Of a DNA stretch of 64,000 bases, positions 12,649-25,000 are shown piece after piece. The notes under the pieces were generated by a model. That model was not told the origin of the DNA, ran no database searches, and worked only from the letters and a program-made list of their open reading frames with translations. The stretch covers positions 1,083,734 through 1,147,733 of the forward strand of contig NW_018408136.1 of assembly GCF_002113885.1 (NCBI RefSeq), written 5' to 3'. Source of the stretch: Mizuhopecten yessoensis (Eukaryota). Made by a program: the position numbers and the translations under genes. Position 1 is the first letter of the stretch; every line of letters begins with the position of its first letter.

Positions 12649-13151
12649 TAAACCATTCTACACCTGACATCGTTGTCTTATCAATTTCATAAACTTCAAG
12701 TAGTAATATTACTTAAGTCTGATATTTGATTTCAAGCAACTTGGGCGGGGATTTTTGTCAAACTTAATGATAAACCAAATTTAATGATACAAACAATTTA
12801 ATGACATATTTGGGAAATACATTGTAATCAATCGCCAATATCAACTCGGATACATTTCTTTCCTTTTTGAAAGAGAACCACTTTCGTCTATAAAACCACA
12901 AACAAAATACACATATAAATATGCAATTTAATTAAAACGTGATATCTATATGTATGAAACGACTTTTTAACAGTCTTCGTTGGCCTAGTTTATTTATCAA
13001 TATAACGTATCTATCCAAAAATATGTTTTACTTATAACAAGCTCTGATGTACATTGTATGGAATCAGCCTTGGCATTTAATCACCACAAGCAGCCAAGTA
13101 GGGAAGGTTTATGACTGATAGAAGTAAGCAATCGTAAATGTATCTCTTCAG

Positions 13152-13281
13152 CAAATAATCTGATTACTCCAAATAATTACCGAAGCAACTGAAACAGTTC
13201 TCCAATTGAACTCTACAATTAACAGTTCCACACTCCAGCAAATGACAACCTTGAACTTTTTGAATACATCAAACGAAAATG
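13152..13281 (+). pseudogene. Candidate S/T/N-rich (stalk-like) exon carrying a +1 frameshift
   Basis: Acceptor TCTCTTCAG at 13151 and consensus donor G|GTGAGT at 13282; 130 nt long. Removing one A in CCAAATAATT gives an open phase-1/phase-1 exon, NNLITPIITEATETVLQLNSTINSSTLQQMTTLNFLNTSNEN. Confidence 0.25.
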
Positions 13282-16061
13282 GTGAGTATGGCAACGCCAA
13301 ACTGGGTTTAAAAGCTTTAATTCAAATGTTGACTAGTTTCGACATTAGATGTGACGTCATCAGAACGTTTAAATATTAACGTTGCCTGAAGGAGGAAACA
13401 GTGTTAAGGCACTACTCCAGTATATACATTCATTTGGAAACGGTTGTCACTTACAGACAAACGTGCGGATGAAACATGTGTTACTTACAGCCATGTGGAG
13501 AGGAAACACTAAAAGTCTGAATAGAGGAAACACTTACGTTACCTTTGGTTTTATTTTCATACTGGAATTACATGCTACTTCAGTACTGTTATATACTGGG
13601 CAAATGCCTTCTAACAATTTATGATTGTTTTACAGGCTTTTTTTAACAATTTTAACTATCTACAAATTCCAAGTGTCTGCACAGAAGACAGGTATAACAT
13701 GGACATGGAATAGCTTACATTCCAAACAAATTAAACTCAACCACTTCATTTTTTCACGTGGTCAAATTGCCGACCTACTTCAAGTCAATTTGCCTGATGA
13801 TTGATGTAAACCAGTTTTGATGTGGTAAATAGCTCCGTTTTCGTTTTGTCTAAAATTGTGCCGTGGAATAATTACGAATGTAGATCATTCATGAATTGTA
13901 GCGTTAAAATGCATTTTACGCTGAAAGTAACCTATTCAACGAGAACAGTGTGTAATAGTAATGGACGTGTGTGTCTCGTGTATCTGTACGGTAATTTCCC
14001 GGTGTAAGTATGTGTGACGTTCGTACACTTTACCCTGCTCCCTAGCTTTACGTGGTGTGTAGTTATCGTGCCCCCAAAATTGTCCTCAGATTTAGCTTCT
14101 TTGGAATACAGAAAAGTAGCGGTACAAAAACAGTCTTTAAGTGTAATAAAAATCAATAATAACTTATGCGTTCTTCTCAAAAAAAGTTCCCCTAATAAAA
14201 AAAGCGGTCCCAACTAAAGTTATTGTCTCAAGTGGTCCCCAGGCAAATAGCTTTCTGAAGGAAAGCAGCTGTCTCTAGAGGTTTCAATGATTTGATGCCC
14301 AAAGTGGCCCAAAGGAAAGTGAGCTAAATTGCATCAAGCGGTACGTGTTCAGTTGTTTAGTGTGTATGACCAACCATGGTGGTTATGTGGACTCCAAAGC
14401 ACCAAGATTTAATGCTGTTTTTGGTGTTAATATTTCGTAAGTATTGTCTTCATTCACAGCATTTCGTCGTTGATATATTGGGTAGAACCGCGACGCAGAC
14501 TGGGATAGTAAACAAACCGACCAACTGACACTTTAGCTGATTCAACTCATTAGCCATGCATCGTGTCGCTAAAAGATTTAAAGCGTGACAATAAGAAAAC
14601 ATTGTGAAAAACGAATATATCAATAATTGATTTTAAATTAAATGAAATTTGTGACATGCGTAAACATCTACCTTTCAATGGTACAGCTTTTATATAACCC
14701 TTCGAAAATCAGACGACATACATGTTAGCTATTTATGTTATGGCCCACGTGTTGAAGTCGTCATCTTTATGACGTCATATTTGTTACATACACCCCTTTA
14801 TAGAGAGATGTTTATTTTATTTAATAATCAAACACGATTCTAGTTGGCGTTCATTTTGACTATGTATACGGACTAAAAGCTTCTCAAGGCTGAACTATTT
14901 TCCGTAGCAAGGTAACGACACAAAATTCCTCTGCCAAATGAGTTGGCATTCATATCAATTATACATGTCATGATAATCGTCTTCACTAATAGTTTGATGT
15001 GACGTCATAATTGTAACGGAACAAGCATACAATAGATACACTTATTTGAACTGAATTATGAAATTCGATAAACGAATTTAATTTGTATACGCTAAAATAT
15101 GTTTCAATATGTTTAATGCAAGTATTGGACTGTTTTGGATTGTCATCCATTGTGAATATGATTGTTATTTAAAATGTCGAAATCAGCATGAAGAGATTAG
15201 GTGCTTCACAAATATATATGCCACATACATATACATCTAATTACCATTTATTCAAAACAAGTTTTATTTATATATCGCATGCAAATACAGGAAAAAACAT
15301 CACTAATTTTTTTTAGTAATCATTTGTAGGCAATATGGATGCAAACTTGGCAAAGACATCCCGCCTCATTGAAGCTGTCTCCGTCAAGCTGACATAGGCT
15401 TTGCTTTAAGATGCAGTTTAATGTTGAAATTAGCTTGACTCTCGGGGACTGCTTAACAAGAAAGACACCAATTATATATTAACTCACCAGACTTATCATA
15501 AAAGACAGCAGACCTTCATTATAAACGACAGGAAGTTTCTAAACAAAAGGAGGTAACGTTCCCGTGTATAGTGTCGTAGACCTCTAGCAAGAAGCGTTGT
15601 CTAAAAATCATGATTGCGCTTCAACCGGACACCAAAGTAACGGACACATTTAAACACGTTTTAACAGCATGTTAGTGGTGTAGGCCTTCGCTAGACATAT
15701 ATACTTTGTGTGGTATTTCCGGAAACATATTCTATTTCTGTACTAAAACACATCTGAAGATGACACATAAATAGAATAGGGATTGTCGCATGTAAATGAT
15801 AAATGGAGGGGATGAATATCTCTGCTTCGTTTAGTTCATAATTATATCTGACGGGGTTCTGGAACATGTGCTTGTTGATAATATGATGTCTTAAACAGGA
15901 TTGTGCTCATTAGGGATGCGAAAACACACAAACGCGTCCCTGAGGACGGTAAAATACCCATAGGCTGGTCGGAACCACTCCTTAAAAGAACTGCTTTAAC
16001 AGCTATTAAAACTTTGCGGATGTGTACATCCGCCAGCAGGAGGCGTTTGAAATGTGCGGAT

Positions 16062-19000
16062 GAAATCTTGCTGTGGTAACTGCATTAGAGGACTTGTGAG
16101 GGGGAGACACTCCTGTGGTAATTGCATTAGAGGACTTGTGAGGGGGAGACACTCCTGTGGTAACTGCATTAGAGGACTTGTGAGGAGGAGACACTACTGT
16201 GGTAACTGCACTAGAGGACTTGTGAGCAGGAGACACTACTGTGGTAACTGCATAAGAGGACTTGTGAGGGGAGACACTGCTGTGGTTACTGCACTAGAGG
16301 ACCTGTGAGGGGGAGATACTGCTATGGTAACTGCACTAGAGGACTTGTGAGGGGAGACACTGCTATGGTAACTGCACTAGAGGACTTGTGAGGAGGAGAC
16401 ACTACTGTGGTAACTGCACTAGAGGACTTGTGAGGAGGAGACACTACTGTGGTAACTGCACTAGAGGACTTGTGAGGGGAGGCACTGCTGTGGTAACTGC
16501 ACTAGAGGACTTGTGAGGGGGAGATACTGCTATGGTAACTGCACTAGAGGACTTGTGAGGGGGAAACCCTGATGTGGTAACTGCACTAGAGGACTTGTGA
16601 GGGGAGACAATGCTTTGGTAACTGCACTAGAGGATTTGTGAGGGGGAGGGACACTGGTGTGACTACTGACCTAAGGGATGTATGCTGCTCTGAAAGCTGA
16701 CCTAGGAGATGTGTGAAGAGAGAGACACTGATGTGACTGCTGACAAATGGGATGTGTGAAGGGAAAGACACTGGTGTGACTACAGACGTAGGGGATGTGT
16801 GGAGGGAGATACACTTGTGTGACTACTGACCTAAGCGATGTATGAAGGGAGAGACTCTGGTGTGACTACTGACCTAAGCGATGTATGAAGGGAGAGACTC
16901 TGGTGTGACTACTGACCTAGGGGATGTGTCAAGGTGGATTTGTGAAGGGGAGAGACACTGGTGTGACTGCTGACCTAAGTGATGTATGAAGGGAGAGACT
17001 CTGGTGTGACTACTGACCTAAGCGATGTATGAAGGGAGAGACTCTGGTGTGACTACTGACCTAGGGGATGTGTGAGGGGAGAGACACTGCTGTGGATACT
17101 GACCTAGAGGATTTGTAAAGGGAGAGACACTGGTGTGACTGCTGACCTAAGTGATGTATGAAGGGAGAGACTCTGGTGTGACTACTGACCTAGGGGATGT
17201 GTGAAGGGAGATACACTGGATTGTGACTACAGACGTAGGGGATGTGTGGAGGGAGATACACTTGTGTGACTACTGACCTAAGGGATGTATGCTGCTCTGA
17301 AAGCTGACGGAGGGACACTGGTGTGGTTGGTGACCCACTGGATTTTTGAAGGGGAGGGACACTGGTGTGACTACTGACCTCAGGGATGTATGAAGGGAGA
17401 GACTCTGGTGTGACTACTGACCTAGGGGATGTGTCAAGGTGGATTTGAGAAGGGGAAGGACACTGGTGTGGCTGGTGAACCACTGGATTTGTGAAGGCGA
17501 GGGAAAGTGGTGTGGCTGGTGACCCAATGGATTTGTGAAGGGGAGGGCCACTGGTGTCGCTATTGACCCACTGGGTTTGTAAAGGGGAGGGACACTGGTG
17601 GGGTTACTGCACTAGATGACGTGAGGGTGGGACACTGCTGTAGTATCTGCACTAGAGGACTTGTGAGGAGGAGAAAATACCCACTGGATTTGTGAAGGCG
17701 AGGGAAAGTGGTGTGGCTGGTGACCCCCTGGATTTGTGAAGGGGAGGGACACTGGTGTGGTTACTGCACTAGATGACGTGAGGGGGGGACACTGCTGTAG
17801 TAGCTGCACTAGAGGACTTGTTAGGGGGGAGACACTGCAGTGGAAGCTGCCCTAGAGGACTTTTGAGGAGGAGGGGGGGGGACACTGCTGTTGTAACTGC
17901 AATAAAGGACTTGTGAGGTAGGGATACTGCTATGGTAGGTGCACTTGAAGACTTGTGAGGGGGAGACACGAATGTGGTAACTGCACAAGAGGACTTGTGA
18001 TGGGTATACACTGCTGTGGTAGCTACACTAGAGAACTTGTGAGGTGGGCCACTGCTAAGGAAGCTGCACAAGAGGGCTTGAGATGGGTTTAAAATGCTGT
18101 AGTAGCTGCACTGGAGTACTTGTGAGGAGGAGAAAATGCTATGGTAGCTGCATTAGAGGACTTGTGAGGGGGTGACACTGCTTTGGTAACTGCATAACAG
18201 AACTTGTGAGGGAGTGACACTGCTATGGTAGCTGCATTACAGAACGTGTGAGGGGGTGATACTGCTATGGTAGCTGCACAAAAGGACTTTTTAGGGGTGA
18301 CACTGCTATGGTAGCTGCACTAGAAGACTTGTGGACAGGGGACACTGCTCTGACAGCTGACCTAGGAGATGTGTGAAGAGAGAGACACTGATGTGACTGC
18401 TGACAAATGGGATGTGTGAAGGGAAAGACACTGGTGTGACTACAGACGTAGGGGATGTGTGAAGGGAGAGACACTGGTGTGACTACTGACCTAGGGGATG
18501 TGTCAAGGGAGAGTCACTGGTGTGACAACTGACCCAGGGTGTGTATAAAGGGGGAGCCACTGTTGTGGTAACTGTACTATAGGACTTATGAGGGGAAACA
18601 TTGCTGAGGTAGATGCACTAAAGGACTTGTGAGGAGGAAGTACTGCTGAGGTAGCTGCACTGAAGAACTTGTGAGGGGGAAACACTGCTAGAGAAGCTGG
18701 ATAAGATGATTTTGGAGGGGAAGACACTGCTGGGGTTTCTGCACTAGAGGTCTTGTGATGGGTATACACTGCTGTTGTAACTGCAATAAAGGACTTTTGA
18801 GGTATGGATACTGCTATGGTAGGTGCACTTGAAGACTTGTGAGGGGGAGACACGAATGTGGTAACTGCACAAGAGGACTTGTGATGGGGGACACTGCTAA
18901 GGAAGCTGCACAAGAGGACTTGTGATGGGTATACACTGCTGTGGTAGCTACACTAGAGGACTTCTGAGGGGGGACACTGCTAAGGAAGCTACACAAGAGG

Positions 19001-22000
19001 ACTTGTGATTGGTTTACAATGCTGTAGTAGCTGCACTAGAGGACTTGTGAGGAGGAGAAAATGCTATGGTAGCTGCACTAGAGGACTTGTGAGGGTGTGA
19101 AACTGCTATGGTAGCTGCATTACAGAACGTGTGAGGGGGTGATACTGCTATGGTAGCTGCATTACAGAACTTGTGAGGGGGTGATACTGCTATGGTAGCT
19201 GCATTACAGAACGTCTGAGGGGGTGACACTGCTATGGTAGCTGCATTACAGAACGTGTGAGGGGATGACACTGCTATGGTAGCTGCATTACAGAACTTGT
19301 GAGGTGGTGATACTGCTATGGTAGCTGCATTACAGAACTTGTGAGGGGGTGATACTGCTATGGTAGCTGCACAAAAGGACTTTTTAGGGGAGACACTGCT
19401 ATGGTAGCTGCACTAGAAGACTTGTGGACAGGGGACACTGCTCTGAAAGCTGACCTAGGAGATGTGTGAAGAGAGAGACACTGATGTGACTGCTGACAAA
19501 TGGGATGTGTGAAGGGAAAGACACTGGTGTGACTACAGACGTAGGGGATGTGTGAAGGGAGATACACTGGATTGTGACTACAGACGTAGGGGATGTGTGG
19601 AGGGAGATACACTTGTGTGACTACTGACCTAGGGGATGTGTGAAGGGAGAGACACTGGTGTGACTACTGACCTAGGGGATGTGTCAAGGGAGAGACACTG
19701 GTGTGACTACTGACCTAGGGGATGTGTGAAGGGAGAGACACTGCTGGCTGTCGATACTGACCTAGTGGATGTGTGAAGGGAGAGTCACTGGTGTGACTAC
19801 TGACCCAGGGTGTGTATAAAGGGAGAGACACTGTTGTGGTAACTGTACTATAGGACTTATGAGGGGAAACACTGCTGAGGTAGATGCACTGAAGGACTTG
19901 TGAGGAGGAAATACTGCTGAGGTAGCTGCACTGAAGGACTTGTGAGGGGGAAACACTGCTCGGGAAGCTGCATAAGATGATTTGGGAGGGGGAAACACTG
20001 CTGGGGTTTCTGCACTAGAGGTCTTGTGAGGGGGAGATACTGCTATGGTTTTTGCACTAGATGACTTGTGCAGGTGAGATACTGCTATGGTTTTTGCACT
20101 AGATAACTTGTGCGGGTGAGATACTGCTATGGTTTCTGCACTAGATGACTTGTGAGGGGGAGATGCTGCTATGGTTTCTGCACTAAATGACTTGTGAGAG
20201 GGAGACAATGCTATGGTTTATGCACTAGATGACTTTTGAGGGGGAGATACTGCTATGGTTTCTGCACTAGATGACTTGTGAGGGGGAGATACTGCTATGG
20301 TTTCTGCACTAGATGACTTGTGAGGGGGAGATACTGCAATGATAGCTGCACTTGAGGACTTGTAAGGGGGACACACTGATATGGTTGCTGCTCAAGAGGA
20401 CTTTTGAGGGGGAGACACTGCTATGGTGGTTTAAATAGAGAACTTGTGAGGGGGACTCTGTTATGGAAGCTCCATTAGAGGACTTGTGGACGGGGTACAT
20501 GGCTCAAACTGCTGACCTAGGGGATTTGTGAATGGAGAGACACTGCTGTAACTATTGATCTAGGGGATGTATGAAGGGAGAGACACTGGTGTGGCTACTG
20601 GCCTAAGGGATGTGTGAAGGAAGAGACACTGGTGTGACCACTGACCTAAAGGATGTGTGAAGGGAGAGACACTGGTGTGGCTACTGACCTAAGGGATGTA
20701 TGACGGGAGGGACACTGGTGTGACTACTGACCAATGGGATGTGTGAAGGGAAAGACACTGGTGTGACTACGAACGAAGGGGATATAAAAAGGGAGAGACA
20801 CTAGTGTGACTACTGACCTAGGAAATGTGTGAAGTTAGAGACACTGCTGTTGATATTGGCCTAGGGGGGGGGGGGGGGTAAAGGAAGAGACACTGGTGTG
20901 ACTACTGACCTGCGGGATGTATGAAGGAAGAGACACAGGTGTGACCACTGACCTCAGGGTTTTATAAAGGTAGAGACACTGGTGTGACTACTCACCTAAG
21001 GGATGTAAGACGGAAGAGACACTGGTGTGACTACTGACCTCAGGGATGTATGAAGGAAGAGACACTGGTGTGACCACTGACCTCAGGGTTTTGTAAAGGG
21101 AGAGACACTGGTGTGACTACTGACCTAAGGGATGTATGAGGAGAACGACACTGGTGTGACCACTGACCTGAGGGATGTATGAAGTGAGAGACACTGGTGT
21201 GACCACTGACCTCAGAGTTTTGTAAAGGGAGAGACACAGGTGTGACCACTGACCTAAGGGATGTATGGGGAGAACGACACTGGTGTGACCACTGACCTGA
21301 GGGATGTATGAAGGGAGAGACACTGGTGTGACCACTGACCTCAGGGATGTGTGAAGGGAACGACACTGGTGTGACCACTGACTTAAGGGATGTACATTTG
21401 TATGAAGTGAGAAACACTGGTGTATCTACTGACCTAAGGGATGTATGAAGGGAGAAACACTGCTGTGACTACTGACCAATGGGATGTGCGAAGGGAAAGA
21501 CACTGGTGTGACTACGGACGAAGGGGATATAAGAAGGGAGAGACACTAGTGTGACTACTGACCTAGGAAATGTGTGAAATTAGAGACACTGCTGTTGATA
21601 TTGGCCTAGGGGATGTGTAAAGGAAGAGACACTGGTGTGACTACTGACCTAAGGGATGTGTGAAGAAAGAGACACTGGTGTGACTACTGACCTGAGGGAT
21701 GTATGAAGGAAGAGACACTGGTGTGACTACTGACCTAAGGGATGTATGAAGGGAACGACACTGGTGTGACTACTGACCTAAGGGGTGTATGAAGAGAACG
21801 ACACTGGTGTGACCACTGACATAAGGGATGTACATTTGTATGAAGTGAGAAACACTGGTGTATCTACTGACCTAAGGGATGTATGAAGGGAGATATACTG
21901 GTGTGACTGCTGACCTAGGGGATGTGTGAGGGGAGAGACAATGGTGTGACTACTGACCTAAGGGATGTATGAAGGGAGAGACACTGGTGTGACTGCTGAC

Positions 22001-25000
22001 CTAAGGGATGTATGAAGGGAGAGACACTGGTTTGACCACTGACGTAAGGCATTGTGTGAAGAGAGAGAGAGACACTGGTGTATCTACTGACCTAAGGGAT
22101 GTATGCAGAGAGAAAGAGACACTGGTGTGACCACTGACTTAAGGGATGTATGAAGGAAGAGACACTGGTGTGACTACTGACCTAAAGGATGTATGAAGGG
22201 AGAGACACTGGTGTGACTACTGATCAATGGGATGTGTGAAGGGAGAGACACTGGTGTGACTACTGATCTAGGGGATGTGTGAAGGGAAAGACACTGGTGT
22301 GACTGCTGACCTAGGGGATGTGTGAGGGGAGAGACACTGCTGTGGATACTGACCTAGAGGATTTGTAAAGGGAGAGACACTGGTGTGACTACTGACCTAA
22401 GGGATGTATGAAGGTAGAGACACTGGTGTGACTACTGACCTAGGGGATGTGTGATGGTAGAGACACTGGTGTGATTGCTGACCTAAGTGATGTATGAAGG
22501 GAGATATACTGGTGTGACTGCTGCCCTAAGTGATGTATGAAGGGAGGGGCACTGGTGTGACTGCTGAAGACACTGGTGTATCTACTGATCTAAGTGACCA
22601 CTGACGTAAGGCATTGTGTGTAGAGAGAGAGAGACACTGGGGTGACTGCTGGCCTAAGGGATGTTTGAAGCAAGAGACACTGGTGTGACCACTGACTTAA
22701 GGGAAGTGTGAAGAGAGAGAGACACTGGTGTATCTACTGACTGAAGGGATGAATGAAGGGAGAGACACTGGTGTGACTACTGCCTTAAGGGATGTGTGAA
22801 GAGAGAGAGACACTGGTGTGACTGCTGACCTAAGTGATGTATGAAGGGAGAGACACTGGTGTGACTGCTAACCTAAGGGATGTATGAAGGAAGAGACACT
22901 GGTGTGACTACTGACCTCAGGGATGTATGAAGGGAGGGACACTGGTGTGTCTACTGACCTAAGGGATGTATGAAGGAAGAGACACTGGTGTGACTAATGA
23001 CCTAAGGGATGTTTGAAGGGAGAGACACTGGTGTGACTGCTGACCTAGGGGATATGTGAGGGGAGAAACACTGGTGTGACTACGGACCTAAGGGATGTAT
23101 GAAGGGAGAGACACTGGTGTGACCACTGACCTAAGGGATGTATGAAGGGAGAGACACTGGGGTGACTGCTGACCTAAGGGATGTATGAAGGGAGAGACAC
23201 TGGTGTATCTACTGACCTAAGGGATGTATGAAGGGAGAGAAACTGGTGTGACTACTGACTTAAGGGATGTATGAAGGGAGAGACACTGGAGTGGCTACTG
23301 GCCTAAGGGATGTGTGAAGGAAGAGACATTGGTGTGACTACTGAACTAAGGGATGACACTGGTGTGACCACTGACCTAAGAGATGTATGAAGGGAGAGAC
23401 ACTGGGGTGACTGCTGACCTAAGGGATGTATAAAGGAAGAGACACTGGTGTGACTACTGACCTAAGGTATGTATGAAGGGAGAGACACTGGAGTGGCTAC
23501 TGGCCTAAGGGATGTGTGAAGGAAGAGACATTGGTGTGACTACTGAACTAAGGGATGTATGAAGAGAGAAACACTGGTGTGACTGCTGACCTAGGGGATA
23601 TGTGAGGGGAGACACACTGGTGTGACTACGGACCTAAGGGATGTGTGAAGGAAGAGACATTGGTGTGACTACTGAACTAAGGGATGTATGAAGAGAGAAA
23701 CACTGGTGTGACTGCTGAGCTAAGGGATGTTTGAGAAGGGAGAGACACTGGTGTGACTACTGAACTAAGGGATGTATGAAGAGAGAAACACTGGTGTGAC
23801 TGCTGACCTAGGGGATATGTGAGGGGAGAAACACTGGTGTGACTACGGACCTAAGGGATGGATGAAGGGAGAGACACTGGTGTGACTACTGACCTAAGGG
23901 ATGTGTGAAGGAAGAGACACTGGTGTGACTACTGAACTAAGGGATGTATGAAGAGAGAGACACTGGTGTGACTGCTGAGCTAAGGGATGTTTGAAGCAAG
24001 AGACACTGGTGGGACCACTGACTTAAGGGATGTGTGAAGAGAGAGACACTGGTGTGACTACTGACCTAAGGGATATGAAGGAAGAGACACTGGTGTGACT
24101 ACTGACCTTAGGGATGTATGAAGGGAGAGACACTGGTGTGACTACTGCCCAAAGGAATGTGTGAAGGAAGAGACACTGGTGTGACTACTGACCTTAGGGA
24201 TGTATGAAGGGAGAGACACTGGTGTGACTGCTGACCTAAGGGATGTATGAAGGAAGAGACCCTGGTGTGACCACTGACCTAAGGGATGTATGAAGAGAGA
24301 GAGAGAGACACTGGTGTATCTACTGACCTAAATGATGTATGAAGAGAGAGACACTGGTGTGACTACTGACCTAAGGGATGTATGAAGGATGAGACACAGG
24401 TGTGACCACTGACTTAAGGGATGTGTGAAGAGAGAGAGACACTGGTGTATTTACTGACTTAAGGGATGAATGAAAGGAGAAACACTGGTGTATCTACTGA
24501 TCTAAGGGATGTATAAAGAGAGAGACACTGGTGTGACTACTGACCTAAGGTGGTGTGACTACTGACCTAAAGGAGGATGTATGAAGGGAGAGAGAGACAC
24601 TGGTGCGACTGCTGACCTAAGGGATGTAGGAAGGGAGAGACACTGGTGTTACTGCTGACCTAAGGGATGTATGGGATGTATGAAGGATGAGACACAGGTG
24701 GGGCCACTGACTTAAGGGATGTATGAAGAGAGAGCCACTGGTGTGACTACTGAACTAATGGATGTATCGGGAGGGACACTGGTGTGACTACTGCCCTAAG
24801 GGATGTATGAAGGAAGGGACACTGGTGTGACTACTGGCCTAAGGGATGTATGAAGGGAGACACACTGGTGTGACTGCTGAACACTGGTGTATCTACTGAC
24901 CTAGGGGATGTATTATCTACTGACCTAAATGATGTATGACAAGAGAGACACTGGTGTGACTTCTGACCTAAGGGATGTATGGGATGTATGAAGGATGAGA

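Noticed and set aside
15930-15980. CTGAGGA..GGT/ACC as a hammerhead ribozyme (also the minus-strand CTGATGAGTC at ~45545)
   Set aside because: The required GAAA after stem II and the other stems are missing.
16006-21417. Ser/Pro/Thr-rich ORFs (SPPHKSSSAVTTAV) as a mucin gene
   Set aside because: They are translations of the 42-bp unit, broken repeatedly by frameshifts and by 43-bp blocks. No splice or start context.
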